Shown: positions 31,901 to 42,329 of the stretch, one piece after another
Layout of the letters: each line of letters opens with the position of its first letter
Position numbering within the stretch: position 1 is the first letter of the stretch
Assembly (NCBI GenBank): GCA_038215615.1
Contig: JBBQQR010000006.1
Coordinates: 6,417 to 70,416, forward strand
Reading direction: 5' to 3'
DNA: 64,000 bases
From: Vulcanimicrobiales bacterium
GTDB lineage: Bacteria > Vulcanimicrobiota > Vulcanimicrobiia > Vulcanimicrobiales > Vulcanimicrobiaceae
Notes under the pieces: generated by a model
Databases searched by the model: none
Seen by the model: the letters and a program-made list of their open reading frames with translations, nothing else
What the model was told of the DNA's origin: nothing
Position numbers and translations under genes: made by a program

Positions 31901-32362
31901 GGCCAGCCCTACAACGTGCCGTTCACGAACGCATGCCCCGGCTGCTCGACAACGGGCACGGGACAATTCGTGGATCCGATGAACCCCGGTTCGTTCTTCG
32001 CACCGAACGTTGCGGCGAACAAAGGCATTCCGATGGGGAACGCCAACGGCGGCAAGCTTTCGCATCCGTCGTCGATCACGAACCTCACAATCGAATACAA
32101 CGCTCCGAAGACATGGACCGCCGGCGTCGAGGTCTTCAATCTCTTCGGTGCACTGTACGGCGGCCCGTCATTGAACGGACGCTGGCAGCCGGTTGCTAAC
32201 GGCATCGGCGGACCGCTTACCGGTCAAAACGCTACGGGATACAATTTCCCGCAGTACGGACAGATCGGAAACACCGGTTCGTTGCGGCATGGGGAGAACG
32301 CCTATATCGATACGCCCAGCGGCCTCCGGACCTTTGTATTCTACTTCCAAGTCAAGATGTAA
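28946..32362 (+). CDS. Outer-membrane receptor-like protein (CarboxypepD_reg-like domain, TonB-dependent-receptor plug, large beta-barrel)
   Basis: Signal peptide ...LLLVQTCAPAFAG. The carboxypeptidase-regulatory-like fold is GILSGTATDSATQAPLAGVQIVA...NNSGFYSLAGLPPDTYSVSF, and the plug-like segment is SSGYPVIRGGRENEENFEFEGIPFTD. About 800 aa follow that are rich in alternating G/Y/N/T/F strands. ATG 28946 is preferred over TTG 28922. Confidence 0.8.
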   Translation: MSSFHGKQSARTILHLFAALFITSLLLVQTCAPAFAGTTGILSGTATDSATQAPLAGVQIVALAPVGRYTATTNNSGFYSLAGLPPDTYSVSFNLTGYEPVSIPGQNVFADLTTTVSTTLVKSLRTIAHVTSRSAGGAFQPNQPVNTYSVTQHQVQTILGTSLNLAESTLITSLPGGSADSSGYPVIRGGRENEENFEFEGIPFTDAFTNQFTNSLSVPGLGLQSAQLTPGLGNASQDNYGTGTFNLIAKRGAYPGFATGQFAIGAPAFRHQANLEWGFASPNGRISAYMALSDNNQNSAFNTTSANCLTIGTCFSRLYQTKREFLGNLVYKFGRNNNQALQFFTDIGQSIFFTGNAFGGPNNNWLCYASCDPFSMQQEMATSGFSTAAIPLNGTTCPTPLNCAGYTAPPLGCSTPPIPASCAAALLAYSRVQTLQGLLQLYPGQSSLNQTLSSTGAMPSTNFQPNAAFKLGYIWNINPSSVLEMMAYHLDSVTTFDLALSGGYASFSTARRQLQGGRTSGYKLDFTKQMGDKNLLKAGGEYKYLIPVFDAPANVYGFFNFAFEHGEQFDFLTGAQCSAIGVAPASCGYIYANGVTSPQTLPKAYENTSVERHDYAAYIDDTWSPNDKLKVEGGIRFDGASFGYPNAQIDPYTCTSVFLPTYSTDSTGALLTTPSTNSGAQTTYRNPITGVVTTTALGTCPVATFPQLTTLSRRPLIPEPIFAATYRLGANDSVRASWGRSVNFPTLGLVDTSANIDYFGGPNRQFFKIPGYTSDCGVLSDQACANYAEQLYWDNAREWAGGVPLAPVRPTVFVNADFSWEHQFTRGFLNGISFKLTPWYRKAQDETALVSTPKIVGGVPLTNPITGAIIFNPPVANNLGKNQATGVEAQFTKEQTYGLSGQVSFTYQNELSSVIPGSSSEDFYPSIPAQSVLLGNIYRVGFLSPFVASFDFSYQTHNGWRISPQTQWNIGYPIGPGFITSAFVNGQPYNVPFTNACPGCSTTGTGQFVDPMNPGSFFAPNVAANKGIPMGNANGGKLSHPSSITNLTIEYNAPKTWTAGVEVFNLFGALYGGPSLNGRWQPVANGIGGPLTGQNATGYNFPQYGQIGNTGSLRHGENAYIDTPSGLRTFVFYFQVKM

Positions 32363-32371
32363 GGAGCGACT

Positions 32372-33484
32372 TTGATCAACCACAAAATCATCGCGGCGGC
32401 TGTCGTCGCGGCGCTCCTTGCAGGGTGCTCCGCCAACGGCACCGCGAGCCCGCCGACCTCAGTCGTCAGCAATCTCGGAGCCAACGTACTGCAGTTTGCG
32501 GTCGGTACGGCAAACATGGGGCAAACCGGAACGGTCGGCCTGAACACGGTCTCGACGTTCCGTCAGCCCAATGGATTGACGGCCACGCTCGTCAACACAC
32601 CGACGATCACGGCACCGGCGGGATTCGTCCCGCCGGCCTGTGGCGCCACGTGCGTTGACAATGCAGTGACCCACCAAATGAGTGGTGCGCCGCAAAACGT
32701 CAATCCGGCTGTCACCAACCCCGTCACGACGTTCGGACAAGCCGGGGGCGTCTTCTCATTCGGCATTGCGCCGGAAAATGAAGGCGCGACCGGTGCCGCA
32801 ATTTATACGCGGTACGTCCAGCCCTTCACGGGATCGACGACGGCTTCGGCCACAAATCCGAACTACACTGGTGGACCGCCGGCCTATCCGTTCTTTAAAG
32901 ACGGAACCTTCCCGGCGGCATTCTCTGGGTACTCGCAAGGGTTTGATATGTTCAACGCTACACCGGTCGCGGGCGCATACACGCTCTCGGTCGTCGTGGC
33001 CACGAGCAATGCGGGAACCACCACGTTTACGGCGTCCAGCACGCTTGCTAACCTCGTTGCGTTGCCGGCCCTTACCGTGCCGACATTCGTCAAAGACGGT
33101 TTGGGCGGCGGCGCCGGAGTAGTCACCGTTCCGGTCGACGCGCGCGTCGTGGAAACGATGGTCTACTTCCAGAATGTCTCGCAAGGTACGTTCTTTGCGG
33201 TCGGTCCGATTCGCGGCACCGGCGCGCAAGCGTACACGTTGCCGGATTTCCTGGGACCCTGCGGCGGAGCCGCGGGCACGGGTTGCCAGAACAACGCAGC
33301 CACACGTTCGGTCACGTTTGCAACCGGAAACACCGTCCGGATCTACGCGGCCACGTATGACTATCCGATGTTCGAAGCATCGCCGCCGGGAAATACGCAA
33401 CAGTCCCCCGCCATCAACGGCGGAGCCGCTACGAGCAACCAAGCGGACCTCACCACGTCAGCGGTGACGTCAATAGTCTACTAA
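32372..33484 (+). CDS. Lipoprotein of unknown function
   Basis: Lipobox AALLAGC|S at the N-terminus (TTG start 9 nt after the receptor stop). The mature part is Thr/Ala/Gly/Pro/Asn-rich. No family recognised. Confidence 0.7.
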   Translation: MINHKIIAAAVVAALLAGCSANGTASPPTSVVSNLGANVLQFAVGTANMGQTGTVGLNTVSTFRQPNGLTATLVNTPTITAPAGFVPPACGATCVDNAVTHQMSGAPQNVNPAVTNPVTTFGQAGGVFSFGIAPENEGATGAAIYTRYVQPFTGSTTASATNPNYTGGPPAYPFFKDGTFPAAFSGYSQGFDMFNATPVAGAYTLSVVVATSNAGTTTFTASSTLANLVALPALTVPTFVKDGLGGGAGVVTVPVDARVVETMVYFQNVSQGTFFAVGPIRGTGAQAYTLPDFLGPCGGAAGTGCQNNAATRSVTFATGNTVRIYAATYDYPMFEASPPGNTQQSPAINGGAATSNQADLTTSAVTSIVY

Positions 33485-33508
33485 CCGCTTAGCAGGGCTA
33501 AAGCAGCA

Positions 33509-33549
33509 CAAAGGGCCCGGAGAAATCCGGGCCCTTTGTTTTTTATTTT
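33509..33549. terminator. Rho-independent terminator, possibly bidirectional
   Basis: CAAAGGGCCCGG-AGAAAT-CCGGGCCCTTTG (a 12-bp stem) followed by TTTTTTATTTT on the + strand. It lies between the convergent lipoprotein gene and the 33581-33856 (-) ORF. Confidence 0.8.
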
Positions 33550-33580
33550 GCCTCGGCGTGCGTGCTCGCGTCGGGAGCCA

Positions 33581-33856
33581 TCATCTGGGCTTGTTGGCTT
33601 GCGTGCTGCTCTTGTCCGGCGCGAGCTCGCCTCGAACGTTGCGCACTCGCCTCGCTTCGTCGGTCAGCTGCTGGAGCTCTCTAACATAAAAAGCGATGAG
33701 GCGCCGGTCGATGTCGCGGCCAAGGTTTTCGTGGATGATCTTTTGCAGGTCGCGCTCCATCTGATCAACGAGCGGGGGCGCGGGCAAATGGGAGTACTCC
33801 GCAGCCAGATCCTTAATGCTACGCCAGACCCTATCGGGAGCGCCGGGACCGTCCAT
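33581..33856 (-). CDS. Hypothetical 91-aa protein
   Basis: GC3 is clearly high in this minus frame (atg gac ggt ccc ggc ...), unlike the overlapping + ORF at 33536-33946. No homology recognised. Confidence 0.45.
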   Translation of the reverse strand: MDGPGAPDRVWRSIKDLAAEYSHLPAPPLVDQMERDLQKIIHENLGRDIDRRLIAFYVRELQQLTDEARRVRNVRGELAPDKSSTQANKPR

Positions 33857-33901
33857 TCAGGGTCCTATCCCCAACTTTGGTACAACCAAAACGTAGCGCC
33901 G

Positions 33902-34000
33902 CTAGGCGCGGCGGTTCGACTCTGCGATCCCGCCCATGTACATTAAGAGAGTGACCACCATGCCAGCGGCGGCGATGAGCAGGACGATCGTTTCGTTCAT
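33902..34000 (-). CDS. Possible 32-aa single-TM peptide
   Basis: MNETIVLLIAAAGMVVTLLMYMGGIAESNRRA has high GC3 and lies just upstream of the 91-aa ORF on the same strand. It is not in the supplied track (too short). Confidence 0.3.
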   Translation of the reverse strand: MNETIVLLIAAAGMVVTLLMYMGGIAESNRRA

Positions 34001-34056
34001 GCCGCCGAATTTAGCCGCCGGGGCCGGGCGTTACTGCGCAGCCCGCGCATCACAGC

Positions 34057-34797
34057 TTGGCAGGCGGCCGTCAGCTGAGCGCAAATTCCTGGCCCGTGGT
34101 TCACACTGAAGAGCGCATTTCCCACGACGACGGCGCGCAGACGACCTTAGAGCGCTGGGGCGAAGGGGGTCCGGCAATTCTCGCGATTCACGGCATGACC
34201 GGCTCGCGCAAAGCGTGGGAGCAGCTGGCTGCCCACTATGGAGGCGAGGCTCGAATCTACGCGTACGACCAGCGCGGCCACGGTGACGGACCGCCCGATG
34301 GTCCGATGACCCTTCACCGGTCGCTGCTCGATCTTTACAACGTCATGTCCGCGATCCCCGAAGGCGTCGACACGCTAGTCGGGCATTCGTGGGGCGGCGC
34401 CATTGCGATACTGGGCGGCCGCCGCTTTGACTGCAACCGAGTCATTGCGATCGACCCGATGATTCGCCAGGCCGAATCGTCGTGGTACGATGCGTTTTTG
34501 CGGGACTTAAAAAAGCAAAAACTTCCCGGGAAAACGATCAAAAAACTGCGTGATGAGAACCCGCCGGCGATGTGGGATCTGCGCGCAGATCTCGAGCGCT
34601 ATCCCAAACCGTTGCTGCTGGCCGTCGGTGAAGGCCCGGAAAGCTTATTCGCGCTCGACGATATGAAGTTCGTTCGGGAGCGCGGCGGCCCGAATGTGGC
34701 GCTGCGCGTTTTCGAGGGACAGGGACACAACTTGCACCGCACGGACTTCGAGCGGTTCACGCGCGAATTCGATACGTTCCTGGCGCGCACACCGTAG
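34057..34797 (+). CDS. Alpha/beta-fold hydrolase
   Basis: ILAIHGMTGSRKAW (oxyanion region), nucleophile elbow VGHSWGG and a C-terminal GQGHNLH. The start is uncertain (TTG 34057 or GTG 34096). Confidence 0.82.
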   Translation: MAGGRQLSANSWPVVHTEERISHDDGAQTTLERWGEGGPAILAIHGMTGSRKAWEQLAAHYGGEARIYAYDQRGHGDGPPDGPMTLHRSLLDLYNVMSAIPEGVDTLVGHSWGGAIAILGGRRFDCNRVIAIDPMIRQAESSWYDAFLRDLKKQKLPGKTIKKLRDENPPAMWDLRADLERYPKPLLLAVGEGPESLFALDDMKFVRERGGPNVALRVFEGQGHNLHRTDFERFTREFDTFLARTP

Positions 34798-34801
34798 ATC
34801 T

Positions 34802-35821
34802 CTACGGCAGCTCCATGCCGGCGGTGCCGGGAGGTGCAGCCGGCGTCCAATCGGGAGAACACACGCGCATATAGTCGGCAGCCGGTGTGGCTTGGCAGGG
34901 CGGCGGAAGGTCTCCACCGGTCGGTTCGCTCAAGCCGCCCTCGCTGTGTGTCTGGGTGTCGAAGAGCGCCCACGTATAGCCGCGATCGTAACTCTCGTAG
35001 TAACGCGACGTGGTCGTTTGCAACCAGTGGTATTTGGGCCACTCTGCGTTCGAGCAGTCAGCCCGGCTCGGACAATCTTGCCAACGCCCGATGACTTGGG
35101 CGCGCACTATCGCCGCGGTGAAACGATTGCGCGCCGGCGAATTGGACGGCGCCGGTGTATAACGTAGCACGATCGTGAAACCGCCCGGCGCGGTTTGCGT
35201 GGAAAGCTGCAACTCTCGGGTGATGCGCGCAAATCGTATACGCGCGAACGTGATTTGATTGCCGCCCGCCACCCACGGACGCGTGCGATCAAAACGCACT
35301 TCCGCCGGGTGCAGTCCGGCGCCTCGATACAGGTCCGAATACACGGGTGAGCCGGGATCTTGCAGCGCCGTTACCGGATAGGTTCGCGCGAAGAATTCCT
35401 CGACCCCGGCCACCGGCGCGCCGTCCACCATTGGCGCTGCGCCCACTTGCGCATACAGCAGCCGCGCAATGTGATGCTCGGTCTTGTCGTAGGAATAGGC
35501 AGCGAAGTGAGCGCGATTCTGCGCGTCACGGAAGAAAAAATCCACTTCGTGTCCATCGGCGTTGGAGGAGCCGTACGCATCGAGCGGTGGCGTGAAGATC
35601 GCCCATGCGGAATCTCCGTCCGCCTCCAACCGATCCGCCACCCAACCGATTGCGGCCTCTCCCATGCGATGCTGCGCAAGTGATGCATTCCAGCGCAACG
35701 CCTGAGCTATCGCAGACAAAGCGAAAAACCCGATGACGGTGACCACCGCCACGGCGACGACCGTTTCCAACAGCGTGAATCCGCGCTGCGGTCGCTTCAC
35801 CCACCGAAGAGTGCCCTTCAT
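34802..35821 (-). CDS. Prepilin-type N-terminal cleavage/methylation domain protein (pseudopilin-like), orphan
   Basis: ATG 35821 opens MKGTLRWVKRPQRG|FTLLETVVAVAVVTVIGFFAL, the class III signal (G/FTLLE plus a hydrophobic helix). About 300 aa of unique sequence follow. Confidence 0.75.
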   Translation of the reverse strand: MKGTLRWVKRPQRGFTLLETVVAVAVVTVIGFFALSAIAQALRWNASLAQHRMGEAAIGWVADRLEADGDSAWAIFTPPLDAYGSSNADGHEVDFFFRDAQNRAHFAAYSYDKTEHHIARLLYAQVGAAPMVDGAPVAGVEEFFARTYPVTALQDPGSPVYSDLYRGAGLHPAEVRFDRTRPWVAGGNQITFARIRFARITRELQLSTQTAPGGFTIVLRYTPAPSNSPARNRFTAAIVRAQVIGRWQDCPSRADCSNAEWPKYHWLQTTTSRYYESYDRGYTWALFDTQTHSEGGLSEPTGGDLPPPCQATPAADYMRVCSPDWTPAAPPGTAGMELP

Positions 35822-35843
35822 CGCGCTGCCGAAGCCCTCCGGG

Positions 35844-37367
35844 ATGTCGGCATCGCTCGAAAAGCGAGGAACGCTCGTGATCGTAGCCGCCATTCTCGGT
35901 TCTGGGATGGCGCTGCTCGACGGCACGGCGGTAAACGTCATTCTACCGCTCGTCCAGCGCGATCTGCACGCGGGCGCGCAGTTTGTGCAATGGGTCGTCG
36001 AGGGGTACGCACTGTTCGCGTCTGCCTTGATCCTCGTTGGCGGTGCGCTCGGCGATGTTTACGGACGGCGCAGGATGTTCGTCGCAGGGACGGCACTTTT
36101 CGCCGCTGCTTCAATCGGCTGTGCCGTGGCGCAAACGATCGAAGAGCTCATCGTCGCGCGCTGCGTGCAGGGTGTCGGCGCCGCGCTGCTCGTCCCGGAA
36201 AGCTTGGCCCTCATCAGCGCGCAGTTCGATCCGAAAGCTCGCGGCAAGGCGATCGGAACCTGGGCGGCGTTTTCCGCGATCAGCGGGGCGGTAGGGCCGG
36301 TTCTCGGCGGCGTCATCGCGCAGAGTTTCTCGTGGCGCTGGGTGTTCTTGTTGAACGTGCCGATTGGTGCACTCGTTGTCTTCATTTCCTCGCGCTGGAT
36401 CAAAGAAAGCCGCGATGAGTCGGCCGGCCCGCATATCGATTTTAGCGGCGCTGCATTGGCGACTGCCGGCCTTGGAGGGCTCGTGTACGCGTTGATCAGT
36501 TTGCAGGGTGCGCACAACGCGTTTTCGCTCGCGATCGGCGTCGCATCGCTGGCCCTACTCGTGTTCTTCGTCATGTATGAGAAGCGCGCGCGCTCACCGA
36601 TGATGCCGCTGCGTTTTTTTGGTTCGCGCGACTTTGCAGCCGCCAACGCGTACACGTTTCTGCTGTACGCTGGTCTAGGCGGCAGTTTGTTCTTCGTTCC
36701 CTTCGACCTGATCAATGTGCAGCATTACACGCCCGTGCAAGCCGGCGCATCGATGTTGCCCATGACGACGATCATCTTCTTGTTTTCGCGTTTCAGCGGC
36801 GCGCTGCAAGTGCGTTTCGGAGCGCGCGCGATGCTCTCGTCCGGCGCATTCGTGGCGGCTCTGGGATTCGTTTTGTTCGCGATCGCCGGCGAAGGGAAGA
36901 GCTACTGGGTGTCATTCTTCCCGGCGTCGGTCGTCTTGGGAATTGGCGCGGCACTTTTTGTCGCCCCGCTTACCGCTACCGTGATGAACTCGCTGGAGAC
37001 CGCTCATGCGGGCGTGGCGTCCGGAGTAAATAACGCGATTTCGCGAGCCGCCGGCCTGCTTGCGGTAGCAGCTCTCGGGCTGCTTCTAAGCGCGGCGTTC
37101 TATCGCGCTTATGACGCGGAGATCGGCCAGGCCGCGATTGCAGCGCAGACGCGGCAGGCGCTGTCGCGCGACCGCGCGCGGCTGCTGACCGGCTACGTGC
37201 CGGCCAATATCGCGCCGGCTGACCGGCCGGTGGTCCGTGCGATCGTCGACCGCGCGTTCGTCGGCGGGTTCGCCTGGGCTATGGTGAGCTCGGCGGCGCT
37301 CGCGTTCGCTGCCGCCGGGATTGCAAAATTTTCGTTCGGGCTTGCGCAAGCGGCTAGAACCGGCTGA
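35844..37367 (+). CDS. MFS transporter, DHA2 (14-TMS) family
   Basis: ATG 35844 opens MSASLEKRGTLVIVAAILGSGMALLDGTAVNV. It has GALGDVYGRRRMF, ARCVQGVGAALLVP and a 14-helix pattern. Confidence 0.85.
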   Translation: MSASLEKRGTLVIVAAILGSGMALLDGTAVNVILPLVQRDLHAGAQFVQWVVEGYALFASALILVGGALGDVYGRRRMFVAGTALFAAASIGCAVAQTIEELIVARCVQGVGAALLVPESLALISAQFDPKARGKAIGTWAAFSAISGAVGPVLGGVIAQSFSWRWVFLLNVPIGALVVFISSRWIKESRDESAGPHIDFSGAALATAGLGGLVYALISLQGAHNAFSLAIGVASLALLVFFVMYEKRARSPMMPLRFFGSRDFAAANAYTFLLYAGLGGSLFFVPFDLINVQHYTPVQAGASMLPMTTIIFLFSRFSGALQVRFGARAMLSSGAFVAALGFVLFAIAGEGKSYWVSFFPASVVLGIGAALFVAPLTATVMNSLETAHAGVASGVNNAISRAAGLLAVAALGLLLSAAFYRAYDAEIGQAAIAAQTRQALSRDRARLLTGYVPANIAPADRPVVRAIVDRAFVGGFAWAMVSSAALAFAAAGIAKFSFGLAQAARTG

Positions 37368-37422
37368 CCAGACATGCTAACTTTAGGGTGGTGCTGCTCC
37401 TTTTGAGCCGGCCGGTTTTTCA

Positions 37423-37752
37423 ATGTCGCAAACACAAACTCGGGTCGTTGTTCTCGACGGCGATTGGGATATCGCCCGGCGTGACGAGCTCGAACGGTTG
37501 CTGACGCCCGCCTACGACTTCCTGGGCGGCCTGATTATCGACATGCAGGCCGTCAACTACGCCGACAGCACGACTCTGGCTGCCCTCATCGTGCTGCGGA
37601 ACCGGCGCCGGAAAAAGGGCCTGGCCCTCCCGAGCCTGGTCATCGGCTCCCGCCAGGTCCGCCGGCTTCTGAGCATTGCCGGGCTGGGCGAGGCCTTTTC
37701 GCTCTACGAAAGCGTCGAAGAGGCCAAAGCCCGCGACGCCTTGACCCCTTAG
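37423..37752 (+). CDS. STAS-domain protein (anti-sigma-factor antagonist-like)
   Basis: 109 aa. VVVLDGDWDIARRDELERLL...IIDMQAVNYADSTTLAALIVL...SRQVRRLLSIAGL is SpoIIAA/RsbV-like, with the DS(T) phosphorylation-site position. Confidence 0.8.
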   Translation: MSQTQTRVVVLDGDWDIARRDELERLLTPAYDFLGGLIIDMQAVNYADSTTLAALIVLRNRRRKKGLALPSLVIGSRQVRRLLSIAGLGEAFSLYESVEEAKARDALTP

Positions 37753-37783
37753 AGTCGGAGCCGTATAATAGCCCTCTGTGCCC
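37741..37783 (+). promoter_or_regulatory. Putative near-consensus sigma70-type promoter of rpoC with a downstream CTGTGCCC box
   Basis: TTGACC (37741-46), N17, TATAAT (37764-69), N6, CTGTGCCC (37776-83). The -35 element lies in the last codons of the STAS gene, about 100 nt upstream of the rpoC TTG start. Confidence 0.55.
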
Positions 37784-37883
37784 GCCCTTGGCGGCCAGCG
37801 GCAACGGTGGGACTCCTTACGTGACCACGTGAGATGAGCGCCCTGCGTAAGCCCGGCCAACGCGCGATGGCTCCGGAGACTCC

Positions 37884-41699
<3,816 letters not shown>

Positions 41700-41705
41700 A
41701 TCGCA

Positions 41706-42329
41706 GTGAGGGGTCGCGCTGCCGTTTTTGTTCGTTACCTCAGCGGCGACGGCGCGGGACACGTCGGCTGGGCGTTCGAGTACGATCCGCCTAAGCTGAT
41801 TGATTCGGGATCGGTTGAGAATCACACGGGAGGCATCCATGCGGATGCCTCCCACATGGATTTTTGGAACGAACTGAGTTCCGATCCCGTCGCGTGCATG
41901 CGCAAGAACCAGTACGACGACGTAAAGTTCGTCGACGTGGACGATCCCGACCCCGTAACCGCTTATGAGACGGTGCTCTGGATCGGGAAACACGCCTACA
42001 TGGCCATTTTGCGCAATTGCCTCGACGACGCATACGACGTGCTGCGCGCGTACGGCGTCCCCGATCTCGAACCACCCTCCCACGACTGGCTTCCGAGAAA
42101 TTGGTTTGCCCATTTCAACGGTACGCAGCGGCCCGTGGCCGAGTTTGATTGGCACGAGGGTCTTACGGAACGAGCCGGAGGAAGCCAAACGCTGCCGGCC
42201 CCCGATTCACTCGAACCGAAAGCTCCGGATTGGCGCAACCCGTTGCGCACGGTCTTTTCCTTATTTCGGTTGGAACTTTTTCGCGATTTCTTTCGCGGGC
42301 TCGTTCACCGCCGCCGCCGCCGGGGTTAG
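41706..42329 (+). CDS. Hypothetical protein, possible permuted papain-fold (LRAT/NlpC-P60-like) enzyme
   Basis: GTG starts 6 nt after the rpoC stop. A His...His...Cys order (GAGHVGWAFEY, VENHTGG, YMAILRNCLDDAYDVLRAYG) resembles the LRAT/H-REV107 H-H-NC arrangement. The last 69 nt overlap the convergent helicase gene. Confidence 0.45.
   Translation: MRGRAAVFVRYLSGDGAGHVGWAFEYDPPKLIDSGSVENHTGGIHADASHMDFWNELSSDPVACMRKNQYDDVKFVDVDDPDPVTAYETVLWIGKHAYMAILRNCLDDAYDVLRAYGVPDLEPPSHDWLPRNWFAHFNGTQRPVAEFDWHEGLTERAGGSQTLPAPDSLEPKAPDWRNPLRTVFSLFRLELFRDFFRGLVHRRRRRG

Noticed and set aside
33536-33946. The 136-aa plus-strand ORF in the lipoprotein/hydrolase spacer.
   Set aside because: It starts inside the terminator T-tract and has poorer third-position GC than the overlapping minus-strand frame (33581-33856). 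That minus-strand frame is the more likely coding one.
37408-37420. CCGGCCGG followed by TTTTT after the MFS gene, as a terminator.
   Set aside because: The 8-bp palindrome cannot form a stable hairpin because there is no loop and at most 3 bp of stem. It is probably coincidental.
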